Shown one piece after another: positions 7,960 through 15,302 of a DNA stretch of 32,000 nt. This DNA is from Mycolicibacterium smegmatis (GTDB lineage Bacteria > Actinomycetota > Actinomycetes > Mycobacteriales > Mycobacteriaceae), in the NCBI RefSeq assembly GCF_001457595.1, contig NZ_LN831039.1, forward strand, positions 6,030,001 through 6,062,000. Direction: 5' to 3'. Position numbers and translations under genes: made by a program. The notes below the pieces were generated by a model that was given only the letters and a program-made list of their open reading frames with translations, searched no databases and was not told the origin of the DNA. Numbering within the stretch: position 1 is the first letter of the stretch; each line of letters opens with the position of its first letter.

Positions 7960-9562
7960 GATGCGGACTCGGTTCCAGCGCAGCCTCATTCATTCGGTTC
8001 ACCAGCGACTCGGCGATACGCAGAGCATTCGCAGAGACAGTCAGGGCGGGGTTTGTCGAACCTGAGGTTGGTAACGTCGCGGCGTCAGCGACCACCACAT
8101 TGGGCAGACCCCAGACCCGTCCCTGGGCGTCGGTGACCGATACAGCCGGATCATTACCCATCCGGCAGGTCCCCATCGGATGACCCAAATTCGGAGTCGC
8201 CAACGGGCTCAAGAAGAACGGCCGGAGGTGCCGGAGGCGATCGCGAATGATGCGCCGACCCCGCGCCGATCGCTCTCGGAGCTCGTCCGGCACCTCGTAC
8301 CGGAAGCAGATTCGTTCCGGATGACTCGGATCCTCCCACACACGATTTGCCTCATATGCGTAGTCCTCCTGGACCGTGGCGAAGGTAGCTGCCTTGCCCA
8401 GGAACCTCGCCGCGACAGCGGCGGGAATACGAAGTGCTTCCAATCCGCCGCCGAGCCATCCGAGTCCAAGGCGTTCAGCCTCGGCGCGTAGGTAGGACGC
8501 GATCGGAGCTGTCCCCACCCGCATCGCCATCGACTGGACCTCGCCGACTTCGTAAAGGTCGCGGATGGCCAATGTCTTCTGGGGGCCGTAGTTGGGAACA
8601 TCACTCGGAGCCCGAAGGCCGAGTATGTCGGTTATGTGGAACATCAAACCGCGTCCCAGTAGTGGCGGAGCGGTTCCGTCGCGCCACAATCCGCTTGATC
8701 GCGCCAGAAGGAGAGGCGTGTTCAATGCACCCGCTGCGAGGATCACGTTACGCGCCAGTCGCTTACGCAGGACACCGCTCGTTGCTGCGGGGCCACCCTC
8801 TCGGCTGATGACCTGTAGCTGCCCGGACAACGGTTCCAGCCGGACCACGGTTTCGTCGCAGAATACGGACGCACCGGACGCCACCGCCTGTTGCAATGCC
8901 CGGTTGTTCCCATCCGCCTTGCAGGCTCGCGGGCAGGCGTCACCCAGACATTCGGAACACCCTGGTAGATAGTCGATTCCGACGTGCAGCCGGTAGGGAT
9001 GAAGGCCGGCCGCCTGCATGGCCTTCACCAACGCCGCATCGCGTGGGCCAAGCGGCGGCGGTGACCTCAGTACCGCGTCGTCATCAGGGTCCAGCGGGTC
9101 CGGCGCGCCGGCAACCCGTAGCAACTTCTCTGTCCGGGCATAGAAGGGTCGGAAATCGTCGTAGTCGATCGGCCATTCGCGAGGCAGAGCACCAGGCGGC
9201 CGCATCGCCGTGAAATCCGACCGGCGGTATCGCGACAGCGCGGCGCCGTAGACGGTGGATGAGCCCCCTGGACCGAAGCCCAGCACTGCTGCCATGGCTT
9301 TTGCCGGCCGACCACCACCTCTGTCCCGCATCAACGGGACAGGCCACCGCCCGGGCCGGGGCAGAGTGCGCCCAGCCAGCCTGGCGATGGCCCTTCGCAT
9401 CTTCCCTGGAGCGGGGTCGCGGTTCTGCGACCGCGGAGGGCCGCATTCGATGACCCCTACCGAGTATCCCGCCCGGGCCACCGTGAGCGCTGCGACGCTG
9501 CCCGCCAACCCAGCCCCTACGACGATCACATCGAGTTCGTCAGTCATCTGGTCAGTGCTCAT
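7949..9562 (-). CDS. GMC-family FAD-dependent oxidoreductase
   Basis: N-terminal FAD fold DVIVVGAGLAGSVAALTVARAGYSVGVIE. C-terminal GMC signature NLGHPMGTCRMGNDPAVSVTDAQGRVWGLPNVVVADAATLPTSGSTNPALTV. Start taken at ATG 9562 (MSTDQMTDELDVIVVGAG); the ORF is open to 9607. Confidence 0.85.
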   Translation of the reverse strand: MSTDQMTDELDVIVVGAGLAGSVAALTVARAGYSVGVIECGPPRSQNRDPAPGKMRRAIARLAGRTLPRPGRWPVPLMRDRGGGRPAKAMAAVLGFGPGGSSTVYGAALSRYRRSDFTAMRPPGALPREWPIDYDDFRPFYARTEKLLRVAGAPDPLDPDDDAVLRSPPPLGPRDAALVKAMQAAGLHPYRLHVGIDYLPGCSECLGDACPRACKADGNNRALQQAVASGASVFCDETVVRLEPLSGQLQVISREGGPAATSGVLRKRLARNVILAAGALNTPLLLARSSGLWRDGTAPPLLGRGLMFHITDILGLRAPSDVPNYGPQKTLAIRDLYEVGEVQSMAMRVGTAPIASYLRAEAERLGLGWLGGGLEALRIPAAVAARFLGKAATFATVQEDYAYEANRVWEDPSHPERICFRYEVPDELRERSARGRRIIRDRLRHLRPFFLSPLATPNLGHPMGTCRMGNDPAVSVTDAQGRVWGLPNVVVADAATLPTSGSTNPALTVSANALRIAESLVNRMNEAALEPSPHHAE

Positions 9563-10003
9563 CGACTGAACCATGCCCGTTGAAAAAACCCACTTCGGGC
9601 ACACCATCTGTTCCGGCTTCCCGCAAATTCCGTATCACCGTCACGTCACGCCCCCTGATGGCCCGCGGTCGAATCGATTGATGGACCCACATCAACCGCC
9701 AGCAGATTGCTCTGCCACGAAATCAGTGTGGCGCGTTTCAAGGTTTTTGACAGCGTTTTCCCCAAACCGTGACTACACGTCAGGCACCGAATACGCAGTG
9801 AAGCACGTGTAATAGCGGCCGCCGACCAGTCGATTTCGGGACAGTTGTCGATGCGTCGGCCATACATAATGATCTTGCTCCGTAGATTGCTGGAACTGCA
9901 CGTAGGCGTCATAAGGGTGATCGGAGAGAAGTTCTTGGCCTGGACGTGGAGCACCCCGTCCGATGCCGCCAGCGATCGACAGCGGAGTGAGCCCCTCTGC
10001 CCG
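9563..10003. promoter_or_regulatory. 440-bp non-coding gap inside the minus-strand unit (possible internal promoter for the GMC-SDR pair)
   Basis: No credible ORF. G+C is about 54% by my hand count over 9781-9900, clearly below the coding flanks. Small hairpin TTGATG-gaccca-CATCAA at 9678-9695. Confidence 0.3.
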
Positions 10004-11536
10004 TCAGAGCGATTCGTCTAGTTCAGGAGCTCGGTGCACCAATGACCTCACGGTGCGATACACGTCAGGTGAGACAACACGGACGATGCCGATATGAACC
10101 ACACCGACAGCGACCATGACAGCTGCCAGGGACCACGCCGGCGCCCATCCTCCGGTGAGGGAGAGAACAAGTAGACCTGCCCCAGCTGAACCGGCGACAG
10201 CTACCGATGCCGCGGCGAAGACCCTTGCGAGTGTCCGCGGCGGGATATCCAGTAGCCGACCGACCAAGACCCACCGGATGACTGTCGCCACGAATGCAAC
10301 TGAGACAAATCCGATCGCCACCCAGTTCAAACCGTTATGGGCCACCAGCGCTGTCACTGCTATCTCGACCGCACCGATGCACCCGGCATACACCAGCCAG
10401 CGACCTGGCCTGCCGATTCCGTAGTGCAGGCGTTGATCGATGATCGCGCCGAGGGTCAGAATGGCCGCCAGAGAGAGCGCTTGTGCCACCGGAACGCTGT
10501 GGTCCCATCCTTGCCCGAAGAGAAGTGGGACAACCAGTGTGCCGCCGACCACGACCACTGTCATCAGTGGAGATACGGCGGCATAGGCGATACCCAAGGC
10601 CTTCAGATATGCCGACTGCAATCGCTCCGGAGACTCGCGGACCTTGGCGAAGACGACCGTGGAAACCGGGACCAGGGCCTTTCCACCGAGGTCCTGTGTC
10701 ACCTGAACCAGCCGCTGCGCGATGCTCAGGAACCCGAGCGCGGCCGGTCCGAGGACGGTCGAGATGATCGCTGCCTCTGCCGCAGGTCTCATGGCCACGA
10801 TCACATCGGCAGCGATGACCTTGTTTCCGAATTTCGCCATATCGAAAAACTCTGACTTCGAGAACTGGAGCGTCGGACGCCAACGCGCCGCCTGCCACAC
10901 CAAGACACAGCTGATCGCCTCGGCGATCACCAGCTGACTCACCAGCGCCCATGCACCTGCGCCGCGGAAAGCGAGGACGACAGCAACCACCTGCGCGATG
11001 ACTGCAGAAGCCAACCACTGGAGCGAGAGCGCGCGAAACCGCATCTCCCGCCGCAGTAGCGCTGCCGGGACCGAGCAGAGGATGATGAACCCGGCCGCGA
11101 GTGAGCAGCCACGTAACACGGGTGCAGCCTTTGGTAGATCGAACAAGGACGCGATCACCGGCGCAAACGCGGCCACCGCTGCCATCAGTACGATCGCCAT
11201 CGTCAGCGAGTACCAGAATGCTGTGCTCAGCAGTCGCTGATCGGCCCTTTTGACCTGAAGTACATAGGTGGACAGCCCTAGGTCGGCAAGTAACAGCAGG
11301 AAGGGCGTGACCGTCATCGCTGCCGCGACCACCCCGAAGTCCTCAGGCGTCAGCAGGCGCGTGAGGATGGCGATGGTGGCGAGGCCGGTCAAACGCATCA
11401 GCCATTGGGCAGCTGTCAACCACAGGGTTCCGGCTGCCGCCGATCTCCCGAGGGGCTCAACAGGCGCCTCTGCACCCGGGAGATCCTCGGGATCAAGAGC
11501 TTCCGATTTGTCGGAGCGGCCGCCCGGGCTCGACAT
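10004..11536 (-). CDS. wzx: Oligosaccharide-unit flippase (MOP superfamily, Wzx/RfbX-type polysaccharide biosynthesis protein)
   Basis: 510 aa, hydrophobic throughout with many predicted membrane helices. N-terminal region LWLTAAQWLMRLTGLATIAILTRLLTPEDFGVVAAAMTV is typical of Polysacc_synt-type flippases. GCGGGGCG lies upstream of GTG-ATG at 11539/11536. Confidence 0.8.
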   Translation of the reverse strand: MSSPGGRSDKSEALDPEDLPGAEAPVEPLGRSAAAGTLWLTAAQWLMRLTGLATIAILTRLLTPEDFGVVAAAMTVTPFLLLLADLGLSTYVLQVKRADQRLLSTAFWYSLTMAIVLMAAVAAFAPVIASLFDLPKAAPVLRGCSLAAGFIILCSVPAALLRREMRFRALSLQWLASAVIAQVVAVVLAFRGAGAWALVSQLVIAEAISCVLVWQAARWRPTLQFSKSEFFDMAKFGNKVIAADVIVAMRPAAEAAIISTVLGPAALGFLSIAQRLVQVTQDLGGKALVPVSTVVFAKVRESPERLQSAYLKALGIAYAAVSPLMTVVVVGGTLVVPLLFGQGWDHSVPVAQALSLAAILTLGAIIDQRLHYGIGRPGRWLVYAGCIGAVEIAVTALVAHNGLNWVAIGFVSVAFVATVIRWVLVGRLLDIPPRTLARVFAAASVAVAGSAGAGLLVLSLTGGWAPAWSLAAVMVAVGVVHIGIVRVVSPDVYRTVRSLVHRAPELDESL

Positions 11537-11639
11537 CACCGCCCCGCATTCTCAGCGGCCGTAGGCCTCCGGTGACAATACCGGGTGCCGCCGGTGCGTC
11601 GATCGGCAACAAGACAGCTCAGATTCGTTCGCAGTGCAG

Positions 11640-12854
11640 TCACCGAAACTCGCGCATCTTTTGCTCGACGGACAGTGCAAGTTCCTCCAGTCGACGCCGG
11701 CGCGTCTGCATGTTCGGTGTCTCCACCAGGCCTGCGATGGAAAGGATCTCCGCCCACCGGTGCACGTGGTCGTGTCGCCGAAGCGAGTTCGCGACGTTGG
11801 CCCTGCGGATCCGCTCGACGCGCTCGGGATCTTCCTCAAGTTCCGCGATGACGTCTGCGATGTCACCGGAATTGAATTCCAGCGGTATCACCGAATCCTT
11901 CCAGCCGAAGTTCTGTGTGAAAGATTCGTTGTGGGGGGCATCCCCGATGAGCACAGTCCCGGCGGCTGCGCCTTCGAAATAGCGCAACCCCAACTCTTGA
12001 TTGCCCCTGGTCCGCTCTGGGTTGTAGTGCCTGACGGCGGTCGCGAGAAAAAACCGGGTGCGCTTCAACATCTCTGCCAATCGGCGTCGGTGTTCGGCAT
12101 TACTGGTCACCGGACAGTTCGTCAACGTGTCATACACGTAGTACCAGTCTCCCTGCTCAGCCATACGGAGCAGTGCCTTGTGCGTCTCGGGCGGCCGCTT
12201 ACCCATTGCATAGAAGTCGATGACCCGCTCGCGCGCTGCCGGATATGGGCAGAACTCAAGCGTGTCGACGGACGGGGCGAGGAAATGACATGGCCGACCG
12301 GTCGCCGAGGCAAGTGGAGCCACAGCGTCCCTCACAGACACAAAGATGTGATCGAAGTTCTTGAGAATGTTGAGTAAGTTGCCCAAACCGGCGACATCAG
12401 AAGGGTATATCTCATCGATGTAACACATCGAAACCCGTGCCCTGGAACGCCACATCGCGCACGGACCAACGTTGTACAGGTCACTCGCCGACTGATTGCT
12501 CACGAAAAGAATCTCGTAATCGTGCGCAATCCCCGGCGGAGGCGGCCGACGCACGATCAGCGGAGCCATCTCCTCCAATGTCACCGACAGACGACGAAAT
12601 GCCTTTGCGCCCAGCCGCTGTAACGTGCGACCGACGTGGCGCACCGGACTGCGGGCATCTGCTGGATCCGGGGTCTCCTGCGGCGCGACCAGGTCGACGG
12701 CATCTACTGCACCCACAAGATCTTCGAATTCGTACAACCCACTGCGAGACACCACCGGGGCGATATCCCTGTTGGAGACGATAAGAACACGCGCATCCGG
12801 AGCTTTCATGGCGAATCGGTATGGCCGCATCCCCTGCACTACTTTCTCGATCAC
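11640..12854 (-). CDS. Putative glycosyltransferase, CgeB-like / DUF3880-type GT-B fold (function uncertain)
   Basis: The C-terminal half (RTRFFLATAVRHYNPERTRGNQELGLRYFEGAAAGTVLIGDAP ... DPERVERIRRANVANSLRRHDHVHRWAEIL) resembles the Glyco_trans_1_2 / CgeB C-terminal domain. The N-terminal half is not recognisable. Start uncertain: GTG 12854, or the internal ATGs MRPYRF and MKAPDARVLIV. Confidence 0.55.
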   Translation of the reverse strand: MIEKVVQGMRPYRFAMKAPDARVLIVSNRDIAPVVSRSGLYEFEDLVGAVDAVDLVAPQETPDPADARSPVRHVGRTLQRLGAKAFRRLSVTLEEMAPLIVRRPPPPGIAHDYEILFVSNQSASDLYNVGPCAMWRSRARVSMCYIDEIYPSDVAGLGNLLNILKNFDHIFVSVRDAVAPLASATGRPCHFLAPSVDTLEFCPYPAARERVIDFYAMGKRPPETHKALLRMAEQGDWYYVYDTLTNCPVTSNAEHRRRLAEMLKRTRFFLATAVRHYNPERTRGNQELGLRYFEGAAAGTVLIGDAPHNESFTQNFGWKDSVIPLEFNSGDIADVIAELEEDPERVERIRRANVANSLRRHDHVHRWAEILSIAGLVETPNMQTRRRRLEELALSVEQKMREFR

Positions 12855-13125
12855 CCTATTCTCGGTCCGTACCAGGCTCGACGAAACGGGCCCTCGACAT
12901 CCCTATTCCACTGTCACCAGGATCAGCGGTCGGACTCGGTTCCTCGTGTTGTCGGTGAAACTTCCTGATCGCCGGCAGACCACTCGATCTTGAAACCTCT
13001 AGCGAACCAGCCGGATCCCCATACTTCCTGCAACTACTGAAGATCGCGCCGGTCGTTACTCTCCCCGCAAACCTTGACGCGACGTACACTACACGGATTA
13101 CCAGGCCTATTCACGGAGAACGCCA
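12855..13125. promoter_or_regulatory. Divergent promoter region shared by the CgeB-like/wzx/GMC/SDR unit and the aminotransferase/methyltransferase pair
   Basis: A 271-bp gap between two divergently oriented start codons. ACGGAGAA is a ribosome-binding site 6 nt before ATG 13126. I could not pin down -10/-35 hexamers with confidence. Confidence 0.45.
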
Positions 13126-14502
13126 ATGCCGCACATTCCGGCAGTTCGATCATTCGAAAAATCCTGCGAGCTCCAGACGAAGCTGCACCACGTAGTACCC
13201 GGTGGTGCGCACACATACTCGCGTGGCTCCGATCAGTACCCAGAGTTCATGACGCCCGTGCTGACCCACGGCCACGGCTGCCACGTGTGGGACGCCGACG
13301 GCAACGAGTACATCGAGTACGGCATGGGATTGCGGTCAGTGACCCTTGGTCACGGATTCCGGCCGGTCATCGAAGCCGTCTGCTCAGCGATCGCCGACGG
13401 TGTGAACTTCAGCCGACCGACCACCCTCGAGCTGGACGCCGCTGAGGAGTTCCTGGACCTCATTCCAGCGGCCGAAATGGTCAAGTTCGCCAAGAACGGG
13501 TCCGATGTCACCACAGCGGCTGTCCGGTTGGCTCGAGCCGTCACGGGCAGGGCCACGGTCGCAGCGTGCCACCAACCCTTTTTCTCGACCGACGACTGGT
13601 TCATCGGCACAACCGAAATGAGCGGCGGAATACCCCAATCCAACCGTTCAACTGTGCTCTTCGAGTACAACGACCTCGATTCACTCGCCTCGGTCCTCAC
13701 GACACACGACATCGCATGCGTGATCCTTGAAGCCGCAACATCAACCACCGAACCTGCGGCGGGTTTCCTCGAAGGTGTACGGCGGTTGTGCGACAAACAC
13801 GGTGCACTGCTCGTGATCGACGAAATGATCACGGGCTTCCGCTGGTCCGAACACGGCGCGCAGACCGTCTACGGGATCGAACCCGACCTGTCGTGCTGGG
13901 GCAAGGCGATGGGCAACGGATTTCCCATTTCGGCGCTTGCCGGCAAGCGGGAATTCATGGAACTCGGCGGCCTGCGAACAGACCGCGAGCGAGTGTTCCT
14001 GCTATCCACAACCCATGGTCCCGAAAGGGGCTCGCTGGCCGCATTCCGAGCGGTGGTCCGAGAGTACATCGAGAACGATCCGATCAGCAGAATGGAGCAG
14101 GCCGGCCGTCTGCTGGCCGCGGGTGTCAAGGCTGCCGTCGACGAGGCAGGCTTGGCCGATTTCGTGCAGGTCGCGGGCCGGCCATCCTGCTTGACGTTCA
14201 TCACCCGCGACGCCGGCCGCGTTCCATCGCAGGCGTATCGCACCCTCTTCCTTCAGGAACTGCTCAAACGGGGTGTGCTGGGTCAGTCTTTCGTGACATC
14301 TGCGGCACATACCGATCGCGATATCGAACAAACGATCACTGCGGTCAGCGGTGCACTACCGGCTTACAAGCTTGCGGTCGAACGCGGTTCGGTCGATGGC
14401 CTTCTTGAAGGGCGGCCGGTCGCACCCGCCATTCGGCAGTACGCCGCCCCGCGCCGGATCGAGTCAACGGCTGGACTGACACAGACTTCCGCGTCTCAGT
14501 GA
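13126..14502 (+). CDS. Class-III PLP-dependent aminotransferase (glutamate-1-semialdehyde aminomutase-like)
   Basis: VVPGGAHTYSRGSDQYPE, LVIDEMITGFRW, and the PLP-lysine context DLSCWGKAMGNGFPISALAG. Length is 458 aa. Confidence 0.85.
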   Translation: MPHIPAVRSFEKSCELQTKLHHVVPGGAHTYSRGSDQYPEFMTPVLTHGHGCHVWDADGNEYIEYGMGLRSVTLGHGFRPVIEAVCSAIADGVNFSRPTTLELDAAEEFLDLIPAAEMVKFAKNGSDVTTAAVRLARAVTGRATVAACHQPFFSTDDWFIGTTEMSGGIPQSNRSTVLFEYNDLDSLASVLTTHDIACVILEAATSTTEPAAGFLEGVRRLCDKHGALLVIDEMITGFRWSEHGAQTVYGIEPDLSCWGKAMGNGFPISALAGKREFMELGGLRTDRERVFLLSTTHGPERGSLAAFRAVVREYIENDPISRMEQAGRLLAAGVKAAVDEAGLADFVQVAGRPSCLTFITRDAGRVPSQAYRTLFLQELLKRGVLGQSFVTSAAHTDRDIEQTITAVSGALPAYKLAVERGSVDGLLEGRPVAPAIRQYAAPRRIESTAGLTQTSASQ

Positions 14503-14590
14503 CCGTCATCGCCGTAACACTGCCGTTTTGCGGCGTAGCGTTGGTTCATCGACCTCGGGGGGAGGTCCAAAGCAATTTTGAGGGGGACTT

Positions 14591-15253
14591 GTGATTGCCA
14601 CTCGACTGCGGCAGGTTTTTGTCGACTCACCCAATTCCCTGGGCGCAAAGGCACGCATAAAGCGCTGGGAGCTGTTTCTCAAGACATTTCCGGACATCGA
14701 AGACATGAATCTCCTGGACCTCGGTGGAACCGCGGAAACCTGGCACCGATCACCAGTCCGGCCCAGGAAGATAACGGTGTTGAACCTGTTCGAGCCCGGC
14801 GAGTCGGACGACGGCAGAATCGTCACCCTCAAAGGTGACGCCTGCAGGGCCACAGCCGCATTGGCCGGGGCCGACTCGCCCACAGAGTTCGACGTTGTTT
14901 TCTCGAACTCGCTGATCGAGCATGTCGGAGGGCACGCACGTCGTTGCGAACTGGCCACGGAGATCAGGAAACTCGCACCGAGGCACTGGGTGCAGACACC
15001 TTACCGATACTTCCCGGTTGAGCCCCACTGGCTGTTCCCCGGCATGCAGTTCATGCCTGTCGCCGCACGAACGCAAGTCGCCAAACGCTGGCCTCTGGCG
15101 CATACCAGGCCCTCCACGACCAACGAGGCGCTCGATGCCGTTCTGTGGACGGAACTCCTGAGCGCTGCTGAGATGCGCGACTATTTCCCTGGCTCAACGC
15201 TTCTCAAGGAGCGGGTGATGGGATTGACCAAATCGCTCATCGCCGTCCGCTGA
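14591..15253 (+). CDS. Class-I SAM-dependent methyltransferase (probable O- or N-methyltransferase)
   Basis: Motif I-like MNLLDLGGTAETW and the downstream FDVVFSNSLIEHVGG. Strong Shine-Dalgarno GAGGGGG lies 5 nt upstream of GTG 14591. A 6-bp hairpin (14551-14567, GACCTC-ggggg-GAGGTC) sits in the 88-nt gap after the aminotransferase. Confidence 0.8.
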   Translation: MIATRLRQVFVDSPNSLGAKARIKRWELFLKTFPDIEDMNLLDLGGTAETWHRSPVRPRKITVLNLFEPGESDDGRIVTLKGDACRATAALAGADSPTEFDVVFSNSLIEHVGGHARRCELATEIRKLAPRHWVQTPYRYFPVEPHWLFPGMQFMPVAARTQVAKRWPLAHTRPSTTNEALDAVLWTELLSAAEMRDYFPGSTLLKERVMGLTKSLIAVR

Positions 15254-15255
15254 GC

Positions 15256-15278
15256 TCCTGATGAGTACGAGATCAGGA
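15256..15278. terminator. Small hairpin between convergent genes (weak bidirectional terminator candidate)
   Basis: TCCTGAT-gagtacgag-ATCAGGA, a perfect 7-bp stem with a 9-nt loop. It starts 3 nt after the methyltransferase TGA and lies 25 nt from the convergent gene's stop. The stem is AT-rich and has no U-tract. Confidence 0.3.
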
Positions 15279-15302
15279 TCTGATCGTCAACGCCGCACTC
15301 GC

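Noticed and set aside
9773-10003. The flippase reading frame stays open for 76 sense codons after its TGA (RAEGLTPLSIAGGIGRG...HPYDAYVQFQQSTEQDHYVWPTHRQLSRNRLVGGRYYTCFTAYSVPDV), which suggests stop-codon read-through or a fused remnant.
   Set aside because: Third-position G+C is only about 56% by my count, far below the real genes here. No motif is recognisable, and open frames of this length arise by chance in G+C-rich DNA.
13074-13079. TTGACG hexamer in the divergent promoter region as a -35 element for the aminotransferase operon.
   Set aside because: No TAnnnT -10 element lies 16-19 bp downstream. The candidates TACACT and TACACG are only 5 and 11 bp away.
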